Positions 38,741 to 53,234 are shown, counted from the first letter of the whole stretch. The stretch is DNA of 63,958 bases, filler included, from Octopus bimaculoides (GCF_001194135.2; 5 parts of 5 records of this genome joined end to end with filler, not necessarily neighbours in it), one strand, 5' to 3'. A program made the numbers and translations. The notes: generated from the letters alone by a model not told the origin.

Positions 38741-38889
38741 TGACCAAACCATTTTCCTTCTGAAATTACGTACATATTGGGCTACAACTACCATCTTCTA
38801 AGACGGTAGGGTTTTATTTGAGGCAGCTTTGACTGTTATTTTTAGCAGATTGAGCATCCACATAGCTTCTCGTAGTCCCGAATAACTTA

Positions 38890-38993
38890 TGGATGTACTG
38901 TGCGTGAAAGCATATTTTCTTGTTTCCGTAATTTTCATATTTCACGTTTGCGCGCATTTTGCTTTGGCATGCGATGTGTGCACGTGTACGTAT

Positions 38994-39037
<44 letters not shown>

Positions 39038-39650
39038 TGCATGTATATGTGCGTTTATATCTATGTGTGCATATATGTTGTTTTTGCGTGTGTGTACATC
39101 CTGTGTTGTGCATGTGCCATGCATTTTGTGTTCGCGTGCATTTATTGTGTGCACGCATTTTGTTATGCGTATATGTATGTGTATGCATGTGTGTAAGTGT
39201 ACGCGTGCATGTACGTGTGCGTTAATATGTATGTGTACATATATATTACTTTGCGCGTGTGTACATCCTGTGTTGTGCATGTGCCATATATTTTGGACTC
39301 GTATGCATTTACGTGTGCATGCACTATGTATTTTAAATATATACGCATTTTCAGATGTGTACATTTATATGTGTGTCGCATTTTGTATTGCGTGTGCACG
39401 ATGTACTTTGTATATTCGCACATTCTGCTCTGCGTGTATATGTGTGCGTGTAACTGTACGTGTGTTCTGTATGCATGTCCGCAATGTATTTCGTGTGTCT
39501 TTCTGCGCATGAAATTTTCTCTTGCGTGTGTGCAATCTAGTTTCTGTAAGTATTCTCTTGTGCGTATGCACATGCACGTTTTGCGCTAATGTACATTTAG
39601 ACACTCTTAGGGCTACGCGTGTGCATGTGCATGAGTGTGTATGAGTGTGC
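38890..39650. repeat. Cryptic TG/TA/CA low-complexity tract with ~168-bp higher-order periodicity
   Basis: gtgtgtacatcctgtgttgtgcatgtgccat occurs at ~39089 and ~39257. Confidence 0.65.
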
Positions 39651-40074
39651 ATAGTTTTTTTTTAAGTATAGATACTTATATTTATATATATATATCTATG
39701 TATATATATACCTCTGTGTGCGCGTGTGTTGTTCTTGTACACGAGTATATTTGAATATTCTTATAAACTTTGATTCTTATTTTGTTCATAGACGAACAAA
39801 AACCGGTATGTGTGTGTGTTTGTGTGTGTGTTTGTTTGTTTGTGTGTGTGTGTGTGTGTTCATGTGAGCATTTACACATATCTCTATGTGCGTTTTAAAA
39901 ATTTCTTGGTAGTGCGAGTGGTGTAACATTGTTTTCGTTAACTTTTGCATCGCTCCATTCGAATATGCGAATGCGTCACGGCTATCTCCCTGAATGTAAA
40001 TATTGTAAAAAATAACGTGTATACAATAGTTGTGTGTATACATTGTATAAATTTTGATACATGCATATTTCTAA

Positions 40075-40290
40075 GACGGCGAACAGACAGAATCGTCAGC
40101 ACGCCAGACAAAGTGCTTAACAGCATTTCGCCCAACTTTACATTCTGAGTTCAAATTCCGCCGAGATCGACTTTGCTTTTCATTCAACCCGGGGCGATAA
40201 AACAAGCACCAATTTAACAGAAGGGTCAATGTAATCGACTTCCCAAACTACCTCAAAATTGCTGGCCTTGTGCCAAAATTTGAAACCAAT
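40075..40290 (+). mobile_element. Meta-domain-like SINE, diverged
   Basis: ggcgaacagacagaatcgtcagcacgcc...ctgagttcaaattccgccgagatcgactttgcttttcattc...ggccttgtgccaaaatttgaaaccaata. Confidence 0.75.
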
Positions 40291-40362
40291 ATATATATAT
40301 ATATGTATATATATATACATGCATACATGCATACATACATACATACAAATATATATATATAC

Positions 40363-40400
<38 letters not shown>

Positions 40401-40479
40401 TTCTATTCGCTGTCAACGTCCTAGTTGATGGTTTCGTGGTTTAGTCCTAGGTCAACAGTGATCTAGTAGACTATGATCA

Positions 40480-40624
40480 AAGATGTTCCAACCGTGACCA
40501 TCATGTCTTTAATGCACCCGTAACATATAAATGACTACACTATTCAAAGCGTCCTCTTATTATTTTAAAAAAGATCATAGAGTATGATTTGAATGAGATT
40601 TGGCTGCTATTATCAGCAGGTCGA
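40480..40624 (+). mobile_element. Unclassified dispersed repeat family (further copies ~19110-19220 minus, ~35885-35930, ~38790-38870, ~44200-44290, 45225-45420, 46389-46570)
   Basis: Shared motifs agac(c)tatgatcaaag..ttcca(a/g)cc.tg.ccatc and gtgtgatttgagggagatttggctgctatt..tagcagg. Confidence 0.6.
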
Positions 40625-40843
40625 AGGCGGTGAGCTGGTAGAATCGTTAACGCACTGGGCAAAGTGCTTAGCGGCATTTCGTCCGTCGTTACGTTCTGAG
40701 TTCAAATTCCGCCGAGGTCGACTTTGCCTTTCATCCTTTCGGCGTCGGTAAATTAAGTATCAGTGAATCACTGGGATCGATGTAATCGACTGGTCCCCTA
40801 TCCCCAAATTTCAGGCCTTGTGCATTTAATAGAAAGGATTATT
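40625..40843 (+). mobile_element. Meta-domain-like SINE, full length, nested in an older repeat
   Basis: Complete head, Meta-like domain and tail; TSD AGCAGGTCGA at 40615-40624 and 40844-40853. Confidence 0.88.
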
Positions 40844-41097
40844 AGCAGGTCGATTTATCAAGCATCGGCACTTTTGTTGGGCTGTGTTTCTGTGTGTAAG
40901 TGTTTGATGCAGTTTGTCTGCGATGGTGCATGAGTGTGTGTGCAACCGTGTATACATGTTTGTCTGAGATGACGGAAAAAGAAATGGGTCGACTATGATA
41001 TAGAAGCAAGTATACATACATCCAAGCATGAATACACACACGCACACATATGTATATGCGCAAATATGTGCGTGTTTGTGTAATGTGAGAAAAGTAG

Positions 41098-41150
<53 letters not shown>

Positions 41151-41233
41151 GTAGATTCACACATACATACAATATATATATACAGACATATATGTATATA
41201 TACATATACGTATATGCATATATGTATATATGA

Positions 41234-41287
<54 letters not shown>

Positions 41288-41293
41288 GAAAGA

Positions 41294-41347
<54 letters not shown>

Positions 41348-41738
41348 GACAGAAAAAGAGACTCACCCAAACACACACACAGGGACACACACACACACAC
41401 ATACATAGACTCACACGCACGTACCCCACCCCAGTGAGAGCTAGAAAGCGAAAACGATAGAGAAGGAGTAATTGCAGTGACAGTGACAGAGAGACGGGCC
41501 AACAAACAAGATTCAGACAGACTGACTAAAGTGTGTCGAAGTAGACAGGGTGCCAAATAAATAAAAGATAAAGTCTCAGAGAAGAGGAAAAAGTGTGAGA
41601 GAGACTATAAAAGAACCCAAATGAAGGATAGACAAACAGTTAAGGTGTCATTCCGAAAAGCTGATTGTCACATAACATAATCTATAAGGTCTAAGTTACG
41701 CATCATCAATTAGATAAGTAGTAAAACAAAAGGGAATG

Positions 41739-41744
<6 letters not shown>

Positions 41745-41806
<62 letters not shown>

Positions 41807-41956
41807 CAGGTAGATTCATACTTGCATACATCAATAGATACAGATAGACGGATAGGCTGTTGCATAGCTGGATAGATAAATAGCTAGACGGACAGACAAA
41901 TAGACAGACAAATAGATAGATGGATAGATAGATAAATAAATAGATAGATAGATAGG

Positions 41957-41999
<43 letters not shown>

Positions 42000-42105
42000 G
42001 TAAGCAGGTAGGTAGGTAGGTAGGTAGGTAGGTAGGTAGGCTGGTAGGCAGGTAAGTAGAAAGCCAGATAGCTTTCTTTCTACCTGCCTACCTACCTACC
42101 TAGGT
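41745..42105. repeat. Compound (GATA)n/(GACA)n/(GGTA)n microsatellite ending in a local inversion
   Basis: Direct reading. Confidence 0.9.
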
Positions 42106-42462
42106 ATAAAGGTAGCTATAAAGATTGTCTGATTGATGTAAAAGGTAGATTGACAGAGAAGATATAGTGATAGTGAAGATAAATAGACAGATAGGGATTG
42201 ATTGATTGATTGATCGAATGATTCATTGGGTAAAATTGATTGAGTGATTAAATATTGACGTGAAGTATACTTAACTAAACACACCCATAGATATATAACT
42301 TGAGAGTTACATGCATGATATGAAGCACAAAAACTAAATTTAGCAAGCGTAAAGGTACGGACAGACGCTGGTTATCCCTTTTCATAATCAGTCCATTTTC
42401 GCCCCCTTTGATCCCTTCCTATTATCATATCCCCTTCTCACATCACCCACTCCTTCCTCTCA

Positions 42463-42760
42463 GGTTACGACGACGAGTGTTCTAGCTGATTCGATCGACG
42501 GAACAGCCTGCTCGTTCAATTAATGCGCAAGTGGTTGAGCATTCCACAGACACGTGTACCATTAACGTTGTCTTCAGAGAGATTCAGCGCGACACAGAAT
42601 TCGACAAGGCCGGTCCTTTGAATTACAGATACAGCTCATTTTTGCCAGCTTAATATACTGGAGCAACATGAAATAAAGTGTCTTGCTCAAGGACAAAATG
42701 CGCCACCGGGTATCAAACACACGGCTTTACAATCGTGAGCCGAATACCCTAATGATTCAA
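42463..42760 (-). mobile_element. SINE with CORE-like body and OR-type tail
   Basis: The tail matches 19326-19500; the body (rc ccttgagcaagacactttatttcatgttgctccagt) matches 63365-63400. Confidence 0.75.
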
Positions 42761-43662
42761 CCACCTGTTCACCTGTTCACCTGTTCACCTGAAAGTGAAA
42801 GTGAATCAGTTACTTGTCACGCAATTGCAATCGCTTTCTCACTCTACAGACATCATTTCAAATCCGTGATCACCTTCGTCTTTAGAAGAAAATTTTGCTT
42901 TAGTTCTTTAGTATTACTAATATTAGCTTTATTATTAACAGTTAAAATAAAGTGCCAGTCAGTAACAGACTCGATATATTCGGCCATAACCATCCTTCAT
43001 ATCTGGACGTTTTGCTCACGTTAGTGGATACGATAGTGAAACTAACACCTTTTTCTTCGACCAAGCTCCCTAAGGGTGGCAACAAAGGTGAGAGGAGGTG
43101 TACGGAGAGGCGGGGATGGAAAGGAGGCGGTGTGGGGGAGTAAGGAGAGAGTAGAGAGGAAGTGCTGCCTTTTTGAAAATTTCCTGGAATGTGGGGGTGA
43201 GGGGTGACCATGATTCGAACGACCGGGTCTACTCTTAGGCGGTGCCTGTAATCCAGGGTAATCATAACCATGAAGCTGTGGCGTTCGTTCATCGCACCCC
43301 ACCCCTCTGATAGCTGCCTCCGCTAGAGGTGACCTTTCCTTGTTATTTTATTTAATATCTATGACTGTTAGTTTTCATTTCTTTGAAAACCCCTACTGTT
43401 TTTATATTACGATGGTATTTTTTCCATTGTCCCCAAACGTCCTTGGGCCAATGCAGAAATTATTCTTATTATTGAAGTTTACATAATAATTATATAATAT
43501 GCGTCAAATATTTACATTTGTTTCGTTTTAAAGATCTGTCCCTAGTCATGGTACCTATTTATAGCAGATAGAGTAGAAATCATAGGACAAAACAGTCTAC
43601 GGTATTTATCTATTTTGCTTTATGTCCTGAGTTATATGAGGATGTTAAGTAGTATATTGAAA

Positions 43663-43873
43663 TATTGGTTCTAGATTTTGGCACAAGGCCAGCAATTTGG
43701 GGGAGGGGCTACGTTGAGTACATCGGCCACAGTGCTCAAATTGTACTTATCTTATCGACCCCAAAGGGATGAAAGGCATAGTCGACATCAGCGGAATTTG
43801 AACACGTGAAGACGGATGAAATGCTGTTAAGCATTTTGCCCGGGATGCTAACGACTCTGCCGGTTCACCATCT
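43663..43873 (-). mobile_element. Meta-domain-like SINE
   Basis: ttggcacaaggccagcaattt...tatcgaccccaaagggatgaaaggc...cggaatttgaac...gctaacgactctgccggttcacc. Confidence 0.8.
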
Positions 43874-43915
43874 TGATATATTGTTATATTAGAATTAACA
43901 AACAGATAGACAGGC

Positions 43916-43953
<38 letters not shown>

Positions 43954-44608
43954 GAAGAGAGGGAGAGAGGTGTTTTTAGATACTGAGAAGGTGTGTTAGT
44001 TTTTTATTAACGTTAATAAAAGGAAAAATAATAAGGGAGTAAGAGGGGGATGTGGAGTAAAAATTGTTATAAGAAATCCTTTCCTATCATAAAGTTTAAG
44101 GCGGTTTTTTAAGTTCAAAATAATATTTGATTACAGACATCCCACCCATGAGCTTCCCGACCTTTCGTATATTAGGGACTGCATTGTTCAACGCATTTTT
44201 TTTTCTTATTCATTTCAGACTGTAGAGTATGATTCCAATGATGTCTGATTGCTATTCGTAGCAACTCGAGTGACAAATTGTAGACTCGTTAGAGCGAAGG
44301 ACAAAATATGCTGCGGCATTTATCTTGGTTTTCATGGTCGTAAGTTAAAATACCAACTCGCCCTTTATCTTTTGGGGATAAGGTCCAGGGTGATAGATTA
44401 AAAGAACTTCTAGAACGTTTTATTTCGAAATCAGAACCACATTAGACAACTGTGTTCTCAAGGCCAGCATCAACCTTTATCCTTTTCGGTAAAGTCCAAG
44501 GTGATAAATTGACAGTATTGCAAAAGCGATTCCTCGATGTATTTACTCCAGCTCTTTGTGTTCTGAATTTTTAAGTGGTTGACGTAATCCGTCTCTCGGT
44601 TTCATACC

Positions 44609-44820
44609 GGCGTGTGTCCAGGTGGTTACTCACAATCGCAAGATTGTGGGTTCGATTTCCGGACCTGGTGGTACATTTTGTTCTTGAGCAGCAAAGTACT
44701 TCATTTTACGTTACTCCAATTCACTCATTTGTAAAGAGTACAACCCTGAAACGGACTGGTGGTAAGGGGTGGGGTGGATTATTGTGATCTATGGAAACCC
44801 GGTAACTGGCCCCATGAGCC
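44609..44820 (+). mobile_element. tRNA-derived SINE, CORE-like body with a third type of tail
   Basis: B box gggttcgatttcc; ttgttcttgagcagcaaagtacttcattttacgttactccaattcactc; tail caaccctgaaacggactgg...ggaaacccggtaactggccccatgagcc. Confidence 0.55.
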
Positions 44821-45689
44821 CTCGAACTTAAGACAGAAATCTCCAGGGTTCAATGATGATGATGATGATGATGATAATGATGGGTTCTCCCCACCACAGG
44901 AATCCTGGGTGTCCTTAGTGGAGTCAGTTTGTTGCAAGCATTTGGGGTTTGGTTTCAGTTTAAGGGTAACTATCTCCCTTCCTCCCACCAGTCATGCCCA
45001 CCCCCCGAAAAAAAATAAAACACACCCATGGGAACCTCCCTTCCCTCCTTGACAGAACAGTAAACATTGAAGCTCCCTCATTGGCTCATGACATTGTTGT
45101 CACTGTTTTTGTTGTTGTTGGTAGTGGTGGTGCTGGTGCTGGTGTTGTAGTGGTGTTGGTACTGATGTAGTTGCTGTTAGTAATATCGGTGTTTATGTTG
45201 CTGATGTAGTTGCTTGCTAGTATCGCTTAGCCCAAGGTCAAACCCCAACTGAGCAGACCATGATCAAAGTAGTCCAGTCATGAGATTGCCGTATTTTTCG
45301 TATTATTTAGGTCAAAATATTTCAATGTGACCTTCCTTATTTGAGTTGGAAGGACATAATTTGGATGGAAACTTATCGACTACTACTAACATATCAAGCT
45401 ACCATCCTTTTGGCGTTTATACTATTTAGTCTATATCCCTGAAGATCTGCTACGGAAGGCGTTCCAGTCGTGGCCATCCCAACTATTTGCATATCTCTAA
45501 GGTTATATTGTCGAACGTGTCCTTCAGCTTTTCACAGATTGACGTTTCAGTTTTGGAGGAGAACTGGTATTTACACCTAGTATGGTTGAAGACGATTAAG
45601 GGCTGCCCTTGTTGTTTTTCTTATCAAATATGGTGGGGGCAACAGACAAGCAGATGCAACTGGAAGAAATAATGGTGATAATATAATAG

Positions 45690-46715
45690 TGACGATGGTG
45701 GTGGTGGTGGTGGTAGTGGTGGTGGTAGCAGTGGATCTAGTGGTGAAGAAACTGGTATTGATACAAAGATGGCGTTAGATCGTAATGGCGGTGATATCGT
45801 TAGTGTTGGTGGTGCTGGTGGCAGAAACGGTGGTACATAGAGGCTTTTGTAGGGTGTTAGTGGTGGTGACCATCGTAGTGGTAATGCTAAAGCTGGTCGT
45901 GGTTAGATGGATTAACACGGTGATGGTAATGGTGAGATTGGTACTGGAGTTGGCGGTGGTAGTGATAGAAATGGTAGAGATGAAATTATATGAAAATCAT
46001 ATGAATCGCCCAGATCCACTGTGTGTTGGTGCCGGTGGTAGCGGTAACGGTGGCAGTGGTAGAGGCGCTAATAATGGTTGTGATTGGCTTTTCTTGTTGC
46101 AGTGTTGGTGGTAGTAGTGTTGTTGTTGGTGGTGGTGGTGGTGGTGATAACGTTGGTGCTTTTGGTTATGGTAACGATGGTAGCAGTGGTATGGGTTGTT
46201 GCTGGTGGTGTTGTAGGTGTTTGCAATAATGGTGGTAGTGGTGCTGGGATTTGTGGTGGTAGTGGTGGTGGGGATGGCGCCGGCTGTATTGATGGCGGGG
46301 GATGGTATGGTGATGTATCAGACGACGGGGGTTTTCATGTAGTTGTTCTTAATGATGGTGTCGGCGGCGTCGCTGTCGTTATCATTTAACCCTCGGTCGA
46401 CCTTCAAACAGACTTATAATAAATAGTATTCCAACCATAGCCATCAAGTCTTTTTTGTACATCCAGTACTCCATTCTCCTGTGTATTCTTATTGTAAAAC
46501 AGTAAAGTGTGATTTGAGGGCGATTAGGCTGCTATGTCTAGCAGGTCTAAAACCCACATAGAAGTGCCCTTCAGTATCATTACTGTTGTTGTTGTTGTGG
46601 TGGTGGTTGTGGTGGTGAAGATAGTGGTGGTTGGTAAAAGTGCTGAGAGGTAATACTAGATGTTAACAATAATGGAGAGTGATGATGATGGTGATGACGA
46701 CGACGACGACGACGT

Positions 46716-46751
<36 letters not shown>

Positions 46752-47480
46752 GTAGGAGGAGGAGGACGACGACGATGACAACGACGGGTACGATGACGAT
46801 GACAACGATGATGACGAGGGAGATAATGATGATGATGATGGTGATGATGATGACGACGACGATGACAGCATCGATGATGATGATGATCAGGGTTATTGGC
46901 AGTAATAATGGTAATAATAAAAATAGTAGTCGTGGAAGTGGGGGTCGGGGGTCGGGTGGAGGGTGGTGTTAGTAGGGGAGAGGGTGGTGTAAGTCATGAT
47001 AATATACAGAAATAAAATAAGTAGTGATCGTAGTGGTGGAGGTGGAGGTAGAAGTGGGGGGGGGGAAGAGGAATTNNNNNNNNNNNNNNNNNNNNNNNNN
47101 NNNNNNNNNNNNNNNNNNNNNNNNNNNNNNNNNNNNNNNNNNNNNNNNNNNNNNNNNNNNNNNNNNNNNNNNNNNNNNNNNNNNNNNNNNNNNNNNNNNN
47201 NNNNNNNNNNNNNNNNNNNNNNNNNNNNNNNNNNNNNNNNNNNNNNNNNNNNNNNNNNNNNNNNNNNNNNNNNNNNNNNNNNNNNNNNNNNNNNNNNNNN
47301 NNNNNNNNNNNNNNNNNNNNNNNNNNNNNNNNNNNNNNNNNNNNNNNNNNNNNNNNNNNNNNNNNNNNNNAATGCTGGCAGTGAGTATAGGGGGAAGAGT
47401 TGATGGTGAGACAATGATGATGGTGTTGGCGGTGGTAGTTTTGGTTGTGGTGGTGGTGGTGGTGGTGGTGGTGGTGTTAA
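45690..47480. repeat. Long GGT/GAT/GAC trinucleotide low-complexity domain
   Basis: Direct reading; it produces the V-, G-, M- and S-rich pseudo-ORFs. Confidence 0.85.
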
Positions 47481-48150
47481 TGGCAAAGGTGAGAGTGTTT
47501 TATGTGAAAAAAAAAAGGAAAAAAAAGCAGGGTATTAATAAACATCTTAAAACATTAAAGCCAACACACGTTATTAGTAACCTCCCTAAATCTACAATAG
47601 AATATACGCTCCCATCTAACCTCAACGTGGGATCGAAATCGGAACAGACATTTAATTGCGAAACGAACTTCTTGACCACACAGCTATGCTGGCAACTGCG
47701 AACTACAGAATCACATACGACTGAGGAAGAAATCACAGCATTTCGCAAAACAGAAGCGTAGGATTAAACTCTAACAAGAACTGATTTGATAAAAATATTC
47801 CAACGCGTTGTTATCAAGCAAATTCAAACAGAAAGCTTAACGATAACACGAATCCATAAATGTATCCCTTTACAGGGGACAAACGTTGTATATGACGCCG
47901 GTTTATAACTCAAACAGTTTGTTTTATATCTATTGTAGAAGAAACGAATTAGTCACTACATGCCGACTAAAAATTAACTAATTCTTTGATATTGTCATTA
48001 CTTATAATCTTCTGAGTCTAGATTGCACCCGGAGAGGGGAAATATCGAGTATACTGAATACTAACTATCGATATCGGTAACAAGTGAAGATTTCCTTCAT
48101 AAAACAAATGAACACAGCAGACGTTACGCCTATTGTTCTCTTTTAATATC

Positions 48151-48193
<43 letters not shown>

Positions 48194-48650
48194 TTAAAGC
48201 CGAAAAACTTCCCAAATTGTTACTTAGAGCTTCATGTGACCATTTGTCAAACAGTTACGATTATCCCAAATGTCTAACGAACGAATATATGTGTGTGAGT
48301 GAGTGTCTGTATGGAAATATGCATGTATGCATGTATGTATGAATATATGTATGTATAATAACAGTTTGACTCAGATTCTGTAACCTCTCCTAAATGTGTT
48401 GAATGCTACTTTCTTTCGTTTGTTCGCTCAATCTCTTCCTCCTTCTAACACAAGCACTCACGCACACGCACAAACCCACGGACACACACAAACCCATGTA
48501 CACACAGATACACTCACGTAAACTCATCTACCACGAACACACATCGATTAAACGAAAATGTGAATACACACCTTAGTACATATACTCATACACCTACTTG
48601 TACACACGCATTTATAATTTAAAAGACACACACATGCACACACACACACA

Positions 48651-48700
<50 letters not shown>

Positions 48701-49039
48701 TGCATACACACATGTATTAGATATATTTTCATCCATTTGATATTCTGAAGTAAAAATCGATGTCAGACAATAAGAGCGAAGTTGCAAAACTTTATTAAAG
48801 AAGGATAAAGAATAGTTTGATACATTAAGTAGCATTAAAAAATACTATATCGTACAAGTGAAATATATGTGTGTATAGGAACTTAGAAACATATATTTTG
48901 AAAAAAAAAAATTACAGTACATACATATATGTACAGACATATACACAAACAGACACGCATATACACATGTTAGTGTGTGTGTGTGTGTTTGTGTGTCGTG
49001 ATGATACAACTGCATAAAATGAATTAGTAATAGATGGTG

Positions 49040-49077
<38 letters not shown>

Positions 49078-49271
49078 TATGAAAGTGTGGAAGTGAGAAA
49101 TAATCGAAGACGAAGTGAGGAGGGAAGTGGAGTAGAGTGAAAGAAAGAAGGGAGACATAGAAAGAAATGAGGAATGAGGAAGGAATTAGAAATAGAAAGA
49201 AAATAGATAGATTGACAACTAGAGAGAAACATAGATTAATGGAAAGACATACATACATACATATTTCTAAG

Positions 49272-49323
<52 letters not shown>

Positions 49324-49415
49324 GAAAGGTGTGAAAGAGATAGGTAGATAGATGAATAGATACATATACAGACAAACGGACGGACAGACAGACAGATAAA
49401 TAGATAGATAGATAA

Positions 49416-49475
<60 letters not shown>

Positions 49476-49875
49476 ACAGATAGACACAGAGAAATGCAAG
49501 AAAGAGATAATGTGATGGTGAAAGAGATAGAAAAAGACGAACAGATAAGGAGACAAGACAGGGTTGAGCGAGAGGAAACCCGTATCAAAATATATATATG
49601 CACTTATGTGTATATAATTACATATACATATATGAGTGTGTGTATGAATGATTGTCTGTGTATATGTATGTATGTATGTATGTTTGTTTGTATGTATGTA
49701 TGTAAAGTATAAATGGGTGAGTTGTATATGTATATCTGCGCGTGTATTCCAATCAGAAAATCACGTAGAAAGATGGATAAGAGATAAAAACTTCAGTTTT
49801 GTATTTTATACACATATGAGCCAAAAGCTTACGATATCACATTCATACATATTTAAATACACGCACTCTCTCTTT

Positions 49876-49960
<85 letters not shown>

Positions 49961-50088
49961 GCGAACACAGACATACACGCATAGCAGAATCCAATAACAT
50001 ACATATAAGCATAGAAATGTATATATCCGAAATCAATAAGCATAAATTCGTGTGCGTGTGTATATATGTGTATGTGTGTGTGTGTGTC

Positions 50089-50122
<34 letters not shown>

Positions 50123-50439
50123 TTATCTATCTGCCTGTCTGCCTGTCTGCCTGTCTGTCTGTCTATCCGTGTGTCTCTGTAGTTGTGTGTACACACACGC
50201 GTACACATATATAAATGCATATATACATTTTTCTCATACATACTTACACCTGTGTACATATATATAGTAATATATAAAAGTTGTATTCTGATCAGGAGAT
50301 GGTTGGTAGAAGAAGACAAAAAGAAAGAAGGATTGAAAGCAAGAATGAAAGGAAAGAGAGGAAGGAAGGAAGAGGAAAAGAAAGAAGAAAAAGAACGAAG
50401 AAAAAGGTAGATAGAAGGGAAGAGACAGAAAAAAAAACA

Positions 50440-50720
50440 TGAAGATTTAGGAGAATTAGAATAAGAAGAATTATGAAAAGAAAACGAAGACGAAAGAGAA
50501 GAAGAAAGAGAAGAAAAAGAAGAGAAAGAAACAGAGGAAAAAGAAGAGTAAGAAATAGAAGTAGAAGAAGAAGAAGAAGAAGAAGAAGAAGAAGAAGAAG
50601 AAGAAGAAGAAGAAGAAGAAGAAGAAGAAGAAAAAGAAGAAGAAGAAGAATAAGGAAAGGTTGTTTGTTAGAATCAGCGAAGGAAAATATACAAAAGAAA
50701 AAGAGAGAAGAAATTGAAAT
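50440..50720. repeat. (GAA)n polypurine microsatellite
   Basis: Pure GAA run at ~50564-50650 with degenerate flanks. Confidence 0.95.
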
Positions 50721-51011
50721 GATCAAAGGGTTATAGTACGTACCTCTGTGACTGTTGAAAGGGTACGGAGTTTGTGTATGGGGTGGCTTGTTTAAGCTGA
50801 CTGCCGTCCTCGGGTACCCGTGCCTACACGATGTGAGTAGGATGTGTTAGTTAATACGAAAGTATGTATGCGCGTGCGTGCTTTTCTGCATGCGTTCGTG
50901 TACGCCTGCGTGCTATTGCGCGTGCGTACGTGTGAGTCTGTCTGCGTGTATGTGTGTGGAAGTGTGTACGTGTGTATGTGTATGGTGTATGCGCATGTGT
51001 ATGTATGTATA

Positions 51012-51046
<35 letters not shown>

Positions 51047-51623
51047 NNNNNNNNNNNNNNNNNNNNNNNNNNNNNNNNNNNNNNNNNNNNTTAATTAATT
51101 AANNNNNNNNNNNNNNNNNNNNNNNNNNNNNNNNNNNNNNNNNNNNGTATGTTTATTTGTGTTGTGTGTTGGTGGGGGTGTTATATGTGTGTACGTGAGT
51201 TTGTGTGTGTCTCTAAGTATGTTTGTGTTTGAGTTGTCATTGTGGTGCGTGTGTGTGTGAGGGAGCAACTGTATGTGTGTGCATGAGGGTGTATGTGTGT
51301 GTGAGCATGTATGTGTGTGTTGTATTTATTAGGTGTCCTTGTACGTTGGGTTTATCCAGGTGAGGTGTATGTGTGTGCATGTGTGTTCCGTGTATGTTGG
51401 TACTGGGTATGCGTTTGTATGGTTTGTGTAGTTTCCTGGTGTATATATATATATAGGGTTACACAGATGTACACATATAAGAGTGGAATAAAAGAATATG
51501 AATAGCGTATAATAAATGCGTAGGAGTGAAAACTGTTGAGTTAAGCGAGATGAATCGATAATAGTATGTATGTGTGTATGTACATGGGTGTGAATGTATA
51601 AATTTATGTATAACTGTGGCAGT

Positions 51624-51655
<32 letters not shown>

Positions 51656-52181
51656 NNNNNNNNNNNNNNNNNNNNNNNNNNNNNNNNNNNNNNNNNNNNN
51701 NNNNNNNNNNNNNNNNNNNNNNNNNNNNNNNNNNNNNNNNNNNNNNNNNNNNNNNNNNNNNNNNNNNNNNNNNNNNNNNNNNNNNNNNNNNNNNNNNNNN
51801 NNNNNNNNNNNNNNNNNNNNNNNNNNNNNNNNNNNNNNNNNNNNNNNNNNNNNNNNNNNNNNNNNNNNNNNNNNNNNNNNNNNNNNNNNNNNNNNNNNNN
51901 NNNNNNNNNNNNNNNNNNNNNNNNNNNNNNNNNNNNNNNNNNNNNNNNNNNNNNNNNNNNNNNNNNNNNNNNNNNNNNNNNNNNNNNNNNNNNNNNNNNN
52001 NNNNNNNNNNNNNNNNNNNNNNNNNNNNNNNNNNNNNNNNNNNNNNNNNNNNNNNNNNNNNNNNNNNNNNNTGTTTTAACCCCATGTTCTTAAAGAACAC
52101 CAACATTTAAGTGACGTTAAACATTACGTGCCAGTATGAATATTGCTCGTGCCTCTAATAGAAAATTTCATAACGAATTAG

Positions 52182-52230
<49 letters not shown>

Positions 52231-52957
52231 TATTATGTATATGTGTGTCTGTATGTCTGTGCGTTTGTATATACATATGTATCTAGATATTATTATTTCT
52301 TTGTATACAGCAATTGGATGAACATATATGTGTGTATGAGTGTGTGGGCGAATAAATTTCTACCTACGTGAGAGCATCAGTTAATAAATGATTAAACGAA
52401 TGTAGTGGGAACCAAGGACAGGCGAAATAAATTTTTGTGAGCAGACTGGGTAAGAAGCTGATAATCCGCTCGGGTAATAAACTGACACGCGTCCTTTGCA
52501 GAAAAACACTTATAGGGAAAAGAGATAACTAATCCACCTGGTTTATATCTTAGAATGTTAATCTTTCTTCATAAAAGACGGAAAATGGTTCTGCTAAAAG
52601 ATATCAAATTTGAAATTTTGCTAAATTATATTTCATACTCTTCATTTTGTTTTCATTTCCGTTGGTTTATTTGTTCCATTTTGAATCTACTTGTTACACT
52701 TTATCAAATGCTAAAATTAGAAAATGGACCTGAAAGAATAGAAAACTGTGATCCAGTGGTGCACACAAAGTCACTCACTTGAGCATTTGCAAGTACATAA
52801 GTACTGGTCGATGAGATTTGTATAATATTTAAATAATACGTCTAATATGGAAAACACAACAACTAACAACTGTTACTAATGCACAGAAACAATTGGTGGG
52901 AATTGAGATTAAAGCTATTTTATTCCATCTTGTTTTATGTATATTATATCCTATATA

Positions 52958-53184
52958 TTCTTTTATTCCTTCATTTGTTTCTGTCGTTTGACTGCGACTA
53001 TGCTGGTGTACCACCTTTACTCGAGTAGATCGACCGCAGGATTTATTCTTTGCAAGCCTAGTACTTATTGTATCGGTCGCTTTTGCCGAACCGCTAAATT
53101 ACGGGGGATGTAAACACACCAGCATCGGTTGTCAAGCGATGTTGGGGACAAACACAGACACACAAACATACACACACACGCGCC

Positions 53185-53234
<50 letters not shown>

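Noticed and set aside
42942-43330. GC-rich island with a 116-aa minus-strand ORF and a B-box-like GTTCGAATC
   Set aside because: No T-stem pairing or A box for a tRNA, no usable splice acceptor, and no recognisable protein motif. Left unannotated.
45785-46972. Gly/Val/Met/Ser-rich ORFs resembling structural or reflectin-like proteins
   Set aside because: GGT/GAT trinucleotide low complexity, open in several frames and strands; no reflectin-type motif is seen.
50473-50736. Arg/Lys-rich 87-aa ORF resembling a protamine, and the antisense poly-Leu ORF
   Set aside because: It is a translation of a (GAA)n microsatellite and has no splice or promoter support.
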